Shown piece by piece: positions 1 through 9,124 of a stretch of DNA of 64,000 nucleotides. The notes under the pieces were generated by a model that did no database searches, was not told the DNA's origin, and saw only the letters and a program-made list of their open reading frames with translations. Location of the stretch: positions 43,750 through 107,749 of IMG/VR virus record IMGVR_UViG_3300028920_000045; one strand, 5' to 3'. Source of the stretch: a virus. The position numbers were made by a program, and so were the translations under genes. Numbering within the stretch: position 1 is the stretch's first letter; every line of letters starts with the position of its first letter.

Positions 1-301
1 CGCCACGGGTGGTCGGTCCCGGCCCGTGGAGTTCACGGTCACCCTCCCGATGCACGAAGACGCGGCTTACCTGGCGATGGAAGAGTGGTATCTGGAGGGC
101 AAGGACCGGGTCGCCCCGACGTACAAGCGTCCCGCGACCCTCCTGGTCCACCACCTCTCGAATCCCGTCCCCAGGTCGTTCCTCCTGATCGGCTGCTGGT
201 GCTCCCGTCGTGGTCTGCCCGAACTCGCGGCCGACAACGATGGCGAGATGGCGACGGTGGAGTACACGATCCGGGCCGACTCGATCAGCCCGGGGACCTA
301 G
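1..301 (+). CDS. Tail tube protein, C-terminal part (truncated by window edge)
   Basis: Lies directly before the chaperone and tape measure; ends LPELAADNDGEMATVEYTIRAD, resembling gp19-type tube C-termini. Confidence 0.65.
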   Translation, partial: ATGGRSRPVEFTVTLPMHEDAAYLAMEEWYLEGKDRVAPTYKRPATLLVHHLSNPVPRSFLLIGCWCSRRGLPELAADNDGEMATVEYTIRADSISPGT

Positions 302-385
302 TCCTCGACGTCGTCGACGTGGTCGACGGTGACGGTCAACCCTACAACCGCCGCCTCGTGAGGGTGGCCGACTTGGGGGTACCAA

Positions 386-1189
386 GTGGAAACGAAGACG
401 CTCAAGGACCAGGGGTACAACCTCCCCCTCGGTCTTCTCAAGGACGGTTCTCTCCGCAAGCCCTTCACGTTCAAGCCGTACACGATGGCCGAGGACAAGG
501 CCATCGCCCGACGGATCGACTCGTTCGGTGACGGAGCACCGGAGTCGGTCAAGGTCTCCTTCGTCCTGTCCCAGCTCCTGATCAACCTCGGGGGCGAGGA
601 CGTCTCCGAACTGGAGCAGGGGAAGAGGGACCTCAAGGTCTTCGGACTCGGGTTCGGGGACATCATGTACGCTTACCTCATGGCCCGGGTCGAGAGTCTC
701 GGTCCGGAGGTGAGGTTCCCCTCGGTCTGTCCGTGGTGCGAGCAGGCCTTCACCTTTGACGGTGACCTCCTCTCGGTCGAGGTCCTCACGACGGAAGACC
801 CGACGGAGCTGACCAAGGTCGTCGACCTGTCGGTCCCGTGGAAGGTCCGAGGGATCAGTGCGACGAGGGTTCTCCTCCGTCCGACGCCCTGGGGGATCTG
901 TCACGGGAAGTCGGTCACCCCGGCCGAGTTCCAGGCGCAAATGTACCAGGGGGCGATCATCGGGGTCGACGACAAGGACCCCGGGTCCGAAGATCCGATC
1001 ACCGAGATCGCCATGTCGCCCCTCGACATCGACACCCTCCCGAAGAGACTGGTCAACGAACTCGACGGGGCGGTCAACGATCTCAACGGTGGTCCTCGAC
1101 TCCGACTCACGACGAAGTGTCCTCACGACGGATGCGGTCGTCCCGTGACTCGTCCTCTGCCCTGGGGGTTTGACTCTTTTTTCGGATGA
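386..1189 (+). CDS. Tail assembly chaperone (gpG-like; Cys motifs CPWC and CPHDGC)
   Basis: Sits between tube and tape measure; slippery heptamer T TTT TTC just before the stop. Confidence 0.75.
   Translation: METKTLKDQGYNLPLGLLKDGSLRKPFTFKPYTMAEDKAIARRIDSFGDGAPESVKVSFVLSQLLINLGGEDVSELEQGKRDLKVFGLGFGDIMYAYLMARVESLGPEVRFPSVCPWCEQAFTFDGDLLSVEVLTTEDPTELTKVVDLSVPWKVRGISATRVLLRPTPWGICHGKSVTPAEFQAQMYQGAIIGVDDKDPGSEDPITEIAMSPLDIDTLPKRLVNELDGAVNDLNGGPRLRLTTKCPHDGCGRPVTRPLPWGFDSFFG
1177..1183 (+). other. Programmed -1 ribosomal frameshift site (T TTT TTC)
   Basis: GAC TCT TTT TTC GGA TGA; the -1 frame reads TTT TTT CGG ATG into ORF 1186-1392. Confidence 0.8.
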
Positions 1190-1392
1190 TGCGTCCGGGC
1201 CTCGGTCTGGACCTGGGGGAGCTGTGCGAGCTGACGTTCAAACTCGCTTTCCACTCCCAGGGCGGGATCGGTGCCTCGTACGTCGACACCCTTCCGGTGC
1301 GGGAGGTCCTCCTCTACCTCAAGAGCCTGGTCCGACAGCAGGAGAGGGAGGAGAAGTACCTCCGGACGATCATGAGGCGACGAGAGGTGTGA
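1186..1392 (+). CDS. Tail chaperone frameshift extension (gpGT / P2 E'-like)
   Basis: In the -1 frame of 386-1189; ends 1 nt before the tape measure start. Confidence 0.75.
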   Translation: MMRPGLGLDLGELCELTFKLAFHSQGGIGASYVDTLPVREVLLYLKSLVRQQEREEKYLRTIMRRREV

Positions 1393-1393
1393 C

Positions 1394-3919
1394 GTGGCGA
1401 CAGAGCTAGGACTCTTCGCAAAGCTCAACTTCCAGGGCGACCAGGCCGTCCAGGGAATGAAGAGGTCGTCGTCTGCCTTCGCTGGTCTCCGGAAGTCGGC
1501 CAAGGGAGCCCAGACCGCCGCCCAGGGTCTCCGTCAATCCTTGACCCCCGTTGCTATCGGTTCTGCCGCCGTCGCCGGGGCGACGGCCCTGGCCGTCCGA
1601 GGTGCGGTCGAGTTCCAGACCGGACTCGCCAAGGTCAACACTCTCCTCGGTCCTGCCGGTGACGGACTGGAAGATTACGGGATCGGGTTGATCCAGCTCG
1701 GGGCCGACTTTGGGAAGACGACCTCGGACGTGTCCGAGGGTCTCTTCCAGGCGATCTCGGCCGGTGTCGAGACGACGAAGGTTATGGACTTTATGTCCGT
1801 GGCCCAGAAAGCCGCCGCCGCAGGTTTCACCGAGACTCGGACCGCCGTCGACGGTCTGACCAATATCATGAATGCGTACGGGAAGACCTCGGACGAGGCC
1901 CTCTCGATCTCGGACTCGATCTTTATCGCTAACAAACTGGGCAAGACCACCTTTGAGGAGATCGCCCGGACCATCGGTCGGGTTGCGTCCCAGGCATCGG
2001 CGTCGAATATCAGTCTCAACGAACTCCTCTCCGTCGTCGTCTCGGTCACGAAGGGAGGCATCCGGACATCGGAGGTCATGTCCGGACTCAAGGCCGCTCT
2101 CGCCAACGTCGGGAAGCCGACCAAGGACGCGAAGGACGAAGCGGCCCGACTCGGGATCAAGTTCAATACCGCCGCTCTCCAGGCCAAGGGGTTCGCCGGG
2201 TTCCTCGCGGACGTCCAGAGGGCGACCGGTGGGGACATTAAGTCTCTGCAAAAACTCTTCGGGTCCGTCGAGGCCGTCAACGTGGTCACTCGGCTCACGT
2301 CAAAGGCCGGGTTTAACGATCTCAAGGTCTCTCTCGCCGCGATGGAATCCGGAGCGGGGACGACCGAGGAGGCCTTCCAGAAGGTCGCCCAGACGACCGG
2401 GTTCCAGCTCCAGAGGATGTCGTCGGCACTCAAGTCGACCGGAGCGGCGTTCGGTGCCTTCGCCCTCCCCCTCCTGACCGGTCCGTTCTCTCGGGTCTCG
2501 GACCACCTCAAGGACGCGGCCGTCGCCTTTCAGATCTATTCGACCGACGTGGACAAGAGAACCCCGAAGATGCGAGAGCAGCTCGAAGGGATGTCGACCT
2601 CGGTCAAGGAATTCGCAGAGGGTATCCGCGAGGGTGTCTCCTCGGTCAAGGCCGGGTTCGCCACGGTCCGAGGTGTACTCGGTGACGTGGCCGGTGTCTT
2701 CGGATTCGAGGGGTCGTCGAGAGAGATGGGGAAACTCGTCGTCCAGGTCGCGGCAATCGCACCCGCGATTCTCGCCGCTGTCGGAGCCCTCAAGGTCCTC
2801 GGGATGGGTTTCGGTGTCGTGGCGGGTCTGGCGAAGACGGCCGTCGGAACGACCCAGATGCTCGCCCCCGCCGCCCGACTCGGAGGTCGAGGTCTTCGAG
2901 GTCTCGGTCGACTCCTCGGTCGAGGTGCGAGTCGACTCTTCGGTGGTCGGGTGATCGGTGGTATCGGAGAGGCCGCGACCGCCGCCGCTTCCACGGTCAC
3001 TCGACAGGGTACTCCGGTCTGGGTCACGAACGTCTCGGAGTTCGGGTCCGTGGTCGGAGGTGGAGTCGGAGACGCCCTCCTCGGGAAGACCGGAGCCACG
3101 GGTCTCGGTGCGGCCAGTGCGAAAGCTGCCGCCGCAGGAGGTCTCGGTTTCGGGAGCAAGCTGGCGATGGCGGCTGGACCTCTCGCCCTCCTCACAACCG
3201 GACTCGTTCTCTTCGGGAAGGCCGTCGGGGACTCGATCAACCTGATCGGTGATTATGAGGGACTCGCGGCGAGGTCTCCTCTCCGGAAGATGATCGCGGA
3301 CGAACGGAAAGCGGCCAAGGAACGAGCCGACCAGCAGAAGGCCGAGAAACAGAAGGAGGCCCGACTCAACCGAGAACTCTTCGGGGGGCAGACGACCCTG
3401 GAGACCCTCAAGGTCGGACAGACTCTCGGAGGTCGATTCGAGGAGACGGCACGTCAACAGCTCCGGTCACAGGCCGAGAAGCTGGCCGCGACGGGAGACG
3501 TCTCCAATACGGCGAAGGTCCTCCGGGCGATGGACCTCCCGTTCATCATGAAAGAGACAGCGGCCGGTCTCCCCGAGATCAGTCTCGCAAAAAAGGAGAT
3601 GGCTCAACTCGACCAGCTCCGGAACCGGATCGAGAGAGGGAAGACCCTGACCGATACCCAGGAGGATCAGCTCGTCCGACTGGGGCAGATGGAAAAGTAC
3701 CTCTCCGACATCTCCCGAATCCTCGGGGTGACCGTGGCCGGTCAGCGATTCGAGGCGAGCCTCCAGGTCAACCTCGACGGTCGTGAGATCGCCCAGGCCC
3801 TCGTCGAGAGGAACCTCACCGACCTCAAGGGTCGAGGTGAGTCTCCGTCCCCCGAGGACGAGAGGTTGATCCAGTTCACCGGGAACCCCGAACTCCGGAA
3901 GGCCAAGCCGAAGCCGTAG
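1394..3919 (+). CDS. Tail tape measure protein (TP901 family)
   Basis: 841 aa, Ala/Gly-rich helical; GLFQAISAG, NKLGKTTFEEIA and KLFGSVEA motifs; hydrophobic central segments. Confidence 0.92.
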   Translation: MATELGLFAKLNFQGDQAVQGMKRSSSAFAGLRKSAKGAQTAAQGLRQSLTPVAIGSAAVAGATALAVRGAVEFQTGLAKVNTLLGPAGDGLEDYGIGLIQLGADFGKTTSDVSEGLFQAISAGVETTKVMDFMSVAQKAAAAGFTETRTAVDGLTNIMNAYGKTSDEALSISDSIFIANKLGKTTFEEIARTIGRVASQASASNISLNELLSVVVSVTKGGIRTSEVMSGLKAALANVGKPTKDAKDEAARLGIKFNTAALQAKGFAGFLADVQRATGGDIKSLQKLFGSVEAVNVVTRLTSKAGFNDLKVSLAAMESGAGTTEEAFQKVAQTTGFQLQRMSSALKSTGAAFGAFALPLLTGPFSRVSDHLKDAAVAFQIYSTDVDKRTPKMREQLEGMSTSVKEFAEGIREGVSSVKAGFATVRGVLGDVAGVFGFEGSSREMGKLVVQVAAIAPAILAAVGALKVLGMGFGVVAGLAKTAVGTTQMLAPAARLGGRGLRGLGRLLGRGASRLFGGRVIGGIGEAATAAASTVTRQGTPVWVTNVSEFGSVVGGGVGDALLGKTGATGLGAASAKAAAAGGLGFGSKLAMAAGPLALLTTGLVLFGKAVGDSINLIGDYEGLAARSPLRKMIADERKAAKERADQQKAEKQKEARLNRELFGGQTTLETLKVGQTLGGRFEETARQQLRSQAEKLAATGDVSNTAKVLRAMDLPFIMKETAAGLPEISLAKKEMAQLDQLRNRIERGKTLTDTQEDQLVRLGQMEKYLSDISRILGVTVAGQRFEASLQVNLDGREIAQALVERNLTDLKGRGESPSPEDERLIQFTGNPELRKAKPKP

Positions 3920-3931
3920 AGGAGACGACGT

Positions 3932-4756
3932 ATGTTCTTCGGTATCACCTGGCGGCTCTGGAACTCGGACACTTGGGACGTCCTTGAGTCCGGGTACGAG
4001 ATCGGTGGGGAGATCTCCGAGTCCTTCGGACCCACGTACATCGAGCATCAGGGCGTGGGGATGGACGCCCCGATCCAGCAGTGGGTCAGTGGGAAACAGA
4101 AGACGATCAACCTCGACCTCTTCTTCTTCGCGGAGTTCTTCACCGAGGATATTATCGACCTCGTCGAGAAGCTCAAGTCGTGGACCGAGAGGGACAAGTT
4201 CCTCAAGCCCCCTCGTCCTCCTCGTCTCCTCTTCGATTACGGTGAGGCCTTCCTGGTCCCCTGCAAGCTAGACGCCGTCGGAGGTCTCCGGTGGGAAGGT
4301 GGACTTCGGTACGACGGGACCCCGAGGATTGCCAGGGTCCCGGTCGTCCTCCGTCGGTGGGTCGACGACATACAGTACGAGACCACCGACCCGACACGTC
4401 CCCCGTCCTCGACGGTGTACCATGAGGTCGCCCAGGGCGAGACCTTCGAGCACGTCGCCGCGAGACGGTACGGCTCCGAGAACGCCCTCCTCGGGGTCCT
4501 GCTCCGACAGGACAACCCGGACAAGGTCGACCTCCGAATCGGTGACGTGATCGAGATCCCCGACCTCGACAAGATCTCCCCTCGGTTGATCCAGGGGTCC
4601 TCTCCGATCTTCTCGGGAACCGAGGACGCCGAGGAAGCCCTGTCCGAGTACTGGGACCTTCGGTCCGGTGCGTCGTCGACCAGTCTCCCAGTCCTCGATC
4701 CTCCGACCGACCTGGGAGAGATCGAGTTCTCGGCTCTCTTCACCGTGACGGAGTGA
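3932..4756 (+). CDS. Tail tube initiator with LysM-like domain (gpU/gpX-like)
   Basis: Follows tape measure; PPRLLFDYG motif; LysM-like HEVAQGETFEHVAARRYG...NP...LRIGDVIEIP. Confidence 0.8.
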   Translation: MFFGITWRLWNSDTWDVLESGYEIGGEISESFGPTYIEHQGVGMDAPIQQWVSGKQKTINLDLFFFAEFFTEDIIDLVEKLKSWTERDKFLKPPRPPRLLFDYGEAFLVPCKLDAVGGLRWEGGLRYDGTPRIARVPVVLRRWVDDIQYETTDPTRPPSSTVYHEVAQGETFEHVAARRYGSENALLGVLLRQDNPDKVDLRIGDVIEIPDLDKISPRLIQGSSPIFSGTEDAEEALSEYWDLRSGASSTSLPVLDPPTDLGEIEFSALFTVTE

Positions 4757-4760
4757 GACC

Positions 4761-5258
4761 ATGCCGACGTTTGCGACCGTCGTACTCGAAGTCCTGGACG
4801 GGTCGACCTGGAGGTCGGCCGTTCCCCAGGACATCGACTTCGGTGAGGTCGACGCGGGAACGACCTCGTCCGTCCTCGACCTCCGAGTCCGGAACTGGAG
4901 CGACGACGACAGGACCGGGGTCGGGTTCTACCTGGCACCCGAGACCGCCCCGCTCATGATCGAGGACCGAGTGGTCCTCCTCGACTGGGGTGACGTGAAC
5001 CAAGGTCTCCAGATCCAGCAGAAGACCGGACCCGGTCCGGGAGACTGGGGGTCGTGGTCCTCGTTCAAGACCGGGGTCGGAGACTCCGAGGAGGACCTGG
5101 TCCTCTTGTCGAAGGACGGAGTCGACCCCGCCCAGTCCGAAGACGGAGACCTCCCCGCCATCCTCTCCGGTCAGTTCCGGATCAGGATCGACGTCCCCTC
5201 GTTCGCACCGTCCAGGTCGAGACGGTACAAGCCGAGACTCAAGGTGAAGTACGCATGA
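4761..5258 (+). CDS. Hypothetical virion structural protein (beta-rich)
   Basis: ORF with ATG, tightly packed within the baseplate cluster. Confidence 0.55.
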   Translation: MPTFATVVLEVLDGSTWRSAVPQDIDFGEVDAGTTSSVLDLRVRNWSDDDRTGVGFYLAPETAPLMIEDRVVLLDWGDVNQGLQIQQKTGPGPGDWGSWSSFKTGVGDSEEDLVLLSKDGVDPAQSEDGDLPAILSGQFRIRIDVPSFAPSRSRRYKPRLKVKYA

Positions 5259-6478
5259 CCTCCTGGGACGTCCAGCTTCCTCCGTCCTTCTCTCTCGACG
5301 TGAACGGGACGAGAATCCAGGACGACGTCGGACGGATGGTCAAGTCCATCCGATACACCGACGCAACCGACGGAGCCGACGTCCTGGAACTCACCCTCGA
5401 CGATCCGACCCTTTGGCTGGTCGACTCGAAGATCTTTGCCGAGGGGAACGTCGTCGATCTCTTCCTGGGGTACGGACACGTCAACCGGTTCGTCGGTCGG
5501 GTCCTGATCTGGGAACCGCCCAGGGCGTCGGCTCCGAGGAACGGTCGACCGTCGACGACAGTGATCGGACACAGCGCGACCCGCTGGCTAATGGAGTCCT
5601 CGAAGAAGAAGAAGGGGCGTCGTATCGGCTCGGCCGAGACGAGGACGTCGGCCGCGAATCGAGAAGCGGACCAGGAGACCGTCGGGATCATCGCCTGGGA
5701 CTATGGGTTCAAAGCCCAAGCCGACCGGACACAGCAGAAGAGAAAGGCGATCAAGAGGAAGGGCAAGTCGGACTGGCAGCTCCTCAAGGACATGGCTCGA
5801 CTCAACGGGTTCCGAGTCTGGTGCGAGTGGATTCCGGAGAACCTCGCCGGTCAGTGGAACCTCTGTTTCCTCAAGCCGGGGAACCAGCCCCGTCGACCCC
5901 GGGATCTTCGACCTGGTCAGTACGAGTTTTTCTGGGGAGTCGACGAGACGACCCAGAACAACCGACTCCTCGACTGGTCCGCGTCGTTCTCGACCCAGGC
6001 CGGGGCGTCCGAGGTCGAGGTTCTCCGGTACGACCGGAAGACGTACTCCTATGCCCGGTATATCGCCCGTCTTGAGCAGAAGGGTCGGTCGCACCTCTTC
6101 TACGGTCCGAAGGGGAACGAACTCTCGAAGGAGGAGATCACCACGGGATCAAGGGTTCTCTTTACAGCCTTCGGTCGGCAGCTCCACGTAATCCGAGACC
6201 GACCCTTTGCGAACGACGCGGAGGCCCTGGAGTACGCCCGGTCCTGGCTCGGCAGGAACTCCCTCTCCTTCATTCACCTCCAGGGAACGGTACCCGGCCT
6301 TCCGGATCTCCGGAAGTACACGAAACAGAAGATCACGGGAGTCCCGGCGAGACTCGCGGGGGAGTACGAGTTCTTCGACATCGTACACGAACTCAACGAA
6401 GGGTCCGGGTATACGTGTCGATTCTCCGCGAGACGAGCCGAGGACATCGGACTCGATATGTCCGCGTTTAGGGTGTAG
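5255..6478 (+). CDS. Baseplate hub protein (P2 gpD / Mu gp44-like)
   Basis: ATG 5255 overlaps upstream stop; SDWQLLKDMARLNGF, GTVPGLPDLR and VHELNEGSGYTCRF motifs. Confidence 0.85.
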   Translation: MTSWDVQLPPSFSLDVNGTRIQDDVGRMVKSIRYTDATDGADVLELTLDDPTLWLVDSKIFAEGNVVDLFLGYGHVNRFVGRVLIWEPPRASAPRNGRPSTTVIGHSATRWLMESSKKKKGRRIGSAETRTSAANREADQETVGIIAWDYGFKAQADRTQQKRKAIKRKGKSDWQLLKDMARLNGFRVWCEWIPENLAGQWNLCFLKPGNQPRRPRDLRPGQYEFFWGVDETTQNNRLLDWSASFSTQAGASEVEVLRYDRKTYSYARYIARLEQKGRSHLFYGPKGNELSKEEITTGSRVLFTAFGRQLHVIRDRPFANDAEALEYARSWLGRNSLSFIHLQGTVPGLPDLRKYTKQKITGVPARLAGEYEFFDIVHELNEGSGYTCRFSARRAEDIGLDMSAFRV

Positions 6479-6480
6479 CT

Positions 6481-7620
6481 ATGCCGGTCGAGCAGTGGAA
6501 GGCAACGGTCACGGCGAACGACGACCCCCAGAAGAGGGGTCGGATTCGGGTGACGTGTCCTGCTCTCCTGGACGCGGACGACGACGAAGCCGCTGTCCGA
6601 GAGGGAGAGCACCCGGAACCTCCGGAGCTGCCCGACTGGATCGATCCCTCGTTCTTCTTCGCGGCTAACTACACAGGACGGACGAGCGCCGAGGGACAGT
6701 TCACCGAGACGAACCAGCCTGCCGGGTTCTTCTTCGTCCCTCGCATCGGTGACCAGGTCGTGATCGAAATTGACACCGACGCCGACGACCTGGAACTCGA
6801 AGAGAGAATGACCTGGAGGTTCGCCCTCTACCCGACGACCGACGACGTCCCGTCTATTTTTCAAGGGGTCTTCTCCGACGAGATCGACGAGAGAACACAG
6901 GACCTCTTGTATACCCGGATCTGGGGGTTCTTCTCGTACGAAGGTCACGGCCTGCTCATGCTCGACGTCCCAGCTAATCAGGGCGGGACTCTCTTCCTGG
7001 TCCAGAACGCACAGACGACGTCTCCTGGTCTTTCCCCCGAGCGGTTCCTGGTTATGGGGGAGATGGACGGATTCGACGACCCGGTCTTCGCAGTGATCGA
7101 CAGGAACCAGAACGAGATCTCAATCGAGGAGAGCGGCAGGATCATCCTCAACTCGGCAATCTACGGGGGGACTCTCTACTTCGACGACAAGATCGTCGGA
7201 CTATATTCCGAATATGGGTCCGGACATGAGCTAGAGATGGTCACCGATCCCGGTGCCGGTGAGGATTATATTCGGATGCTCCACCGGAACGGAGGGGTTG
7301 AGTTCTACCTGGACGAAGACCGGATCTTTATGGAGGACTCTCTCGGTGAAGTGGTCGAGCTAAACACCTCCGGAGGTCCGTCGCAGATCTATATCGGGTC
7401 CAGTGCGACCGAGCCTCTCGTCCTGGGGACTCAACTCCAGACGATCCTCAATTCGATCATGACCTTTCTCTTGACCCACGTACACGAAGGACCAGGACAC
7501 GCCCCGCCCGATGGGTTCACCGGAGGACTCGGAACGGTGTCCGCTTCGGGATGGGCGACCTTGACCGCTCTGATCGCCGGGACCACTTGGCTCTCGGACT
7601 TGGCAAAGACGAAGAAGTGA
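6481..7620 (+). CDS. Baseplate central spike (gpV/gp5 OB-fold, beta-helix, HxH tip)
   Basis: DDPQKRGRIRVTCP, FFVPRIGDQVVIE, C-terminal THVH. Confidence 0.88.
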   Translation: MPVEQWKATVTANDDPQKRGRIRVTCPALLDADDDEAAVREGEHPEPPELPDWIDPSFFFAANYTGRTSAEGQFTETNQPAGFFFVPRIGDQVVIEIDTDADDLELEERMTWRFALYPTTDDVPSIFQGVFSDEIDERTQDLLYTRIWGFFSYEGHGLLMLDVPANQGGTLFLVQNAQTTSPGLSPERFLVMGEMDGFDDPVFAVIDRNQNEISIEESGRIILNSAIYGGTLYFDDKIVGLYSEYGSGHELEMVTDPGAGEDYIRMLHRNGGVEFYLDEDRIFMEDSLGEVVELNTSGGPSQIYIGSSATEPLVLGTQLQTILNSIMTFLLTHVHEGPGHAPPDGFTGGLGTVSASGWATLTALIAGTTWLSDLAKTKK

Positions 7621-7671
7621 TCGTATCATGCAGACCTGGTTAGACCCCAGGTCAGGAAGAGGAGGAAGAAG

Positions 7672-8124
7672 ATGTCCGACGAGACGAAGACCGAGACCGC
7701 CCCGACCTTCCAGGACGTTGCGAAGGCCGCGCCCGACTTCGACGAGGATTCCCTCGACTCGTACTGCGAGCGGGTCCGCGCGACCTTCTCCCAGTTCAAG
7801 GACGGGCTCCGGGAGAAGAACGAGGAGGTCACGCCTCTCGGGAAGCTCCCGAAGCCCCCGAAGTACTCCGGCAACGACATCCCCCGGGTCTCGACCTGGA
7901 GACTCTGGCTCAAGCGGGTGTACGCCTCATTCGTGATCGTCGAGAACGATTACGAGGGCAAGAAGTACAAGATGCCCATGAGCGACGACGGGAAGGAGAT
8001 CACCTTCGACCCGAGCAAGGTGGTCGAGGTCAAGGAAGGCTGGATCGCCAAGCACAAGGGCTTCGGGATCGAGTTCTACAAGCCGACCTGGTCCCCCCTC
8101 GTCCTCGGGACCGTGGACAAGTAG
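7672..8124 (+). CDS. Hypothetical protein
   Basis: Strong RBS (GAGGAGG) and coding-like codon usage. Confidence 0.65.
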   Translation: MSDETKTETAPTFQDVAKAAPDFDEDSLDSYCERVRATFSQFKDGLREKNEEVTPLGKLPKPPKYSGNDIPRVSTWRLWLKRVYASFVIVENDYEGKKYKMPMSDDGKEITFDPSKVVEVKEGWIAKHKGFGIEFYKPTWSPLVLGTVDK

Positions 8125-8133
8125 GGGGTCGAC

Positions 8134-8721
8134 GTGACCCAGGAGAAGAAGAGAGGTCGACTCGGACAGGTCGCCTCGGTGATTGCGTCGGTCGCCGCTC
8201 TGGTCGTCGCACTCACGACGGCCTGGACCTCGGTCGCCCCCACCGTGGTCGAGGACCAGGAGAAGAAGGTCCAGGCCCAGGGGGAGAAGGTCGATCAGTT
8301 CTATGCCCTCTTCCGGACCGTGGTCGAGGAGCAGAGGGCGACCATTCGTCTCCTCCTGGACGAACTCCGGGCAGCTCGTCGGGGGGAGACACCCGTCGAG
8401 GTCTCGGCCGGGGTGGGGATGGTCACGACCGGAGGTGGTCGTCGAGTTCGGGCCGCTCCCCGGGTTCGGTCCGGGTCGCCCCCCAGGGTGACCTCGACTC
8501 CGTCTTCTCCCCCTCCGGACCCCGAGATCGAAGAGGTCGGGGAGAGCGAGACAGCCCAGGAGGGGCGATCTCCGGACTGGACCCCTCTCCCTCCGTCCCT
8601 GGAGCAGTACGTCCAGGAGAGACGACCTCCGGGCGTCCTGGCCCCCGTTCCGGGTCCTTCCCCAGACGCGGGAGCCGTCGAGACCGAGGTCGAGGCCCCT
8701 CCGAGGGTCGAGGAGGAGTAG
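8134..8721 (+). CDS. Hypothetical membrane-anchored protein (N-terminal TM, coiled coil, Pro-rich tail)
   Basis: Hydrophobic VASVIASVAALVVALTTAW segment. Confidence 0.55.
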   Translation: MTQEKKRGRLGQVASVIASVAALVVALTTAWTSVAPTVVEDQEKKVQAQGEKVDQFYALFRTVVEEQRATIRLLLDELRAARRGETPVEVSAGVGMVTTGGGRRVRAAPRVRSGSPPRVTSTPSSPPPDPEIEEVGESETAQEGRSPDWTPLPPSLEQYVQERRPPGVLAPVPGPSPDAGAVETEVEAPPRVEEE

Positions 8722-8722
8722 G

Positions 8723-9115
8723 ATGGCCGAGCCCCAGGGAGTGAGTCTCCCGGCTCGACTCACCGGAGAAGGTGGGTTCGTCTGGGTCACCGGAGAGGAC
8801 TTCGTCCGGGAGATCGTGGTCCGGGCCGTGAGCCCGAATTACTCGGACAACCCCTTCGAGTCGATCCCGATGGACGAGGACGCAGTATTCAAGATGGACG
8901 ACCCCTCGACCAGAGTCCGGGTCCTCGACGCACTCCGTCGGGGGTTTGCCTACCTGGAACGGATCGGACTGGCCCGAGCCACCGGGACCCGTCCCTTCGT
9001 CTTCCGTGAGACCGGAGTCGAGGGAGAGGCCGAGGTCCAGGTCTCGTACACGAACCTCAAGACCCAGGACCCCGGAGTCCTCACTCGTCGACTCCGGTTC
9101 TCCTCGACGACGTAG
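8723..9115 (+). CDS. Baseplate wedge / sheath initiator (gp25/gpW-like)
   Basis: 130 aa, immediately before baseplate J; C-terminal VQVSYTNLKT. Confidence 0.65.
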   Translation: MAEPQGVSLPARLTGEGGFVWVTGEDFVREIVVRAVSPNYSDNPFESIPMDEDAVFKMDDPSTRVRVLDALRRGFAYLERIGLARATGTRPFVFRETGVEGEAEVQVSYTNLKTQDPGVLTRRLRFSSTT

Positions 9116-9124
9116 GGTGAGATC

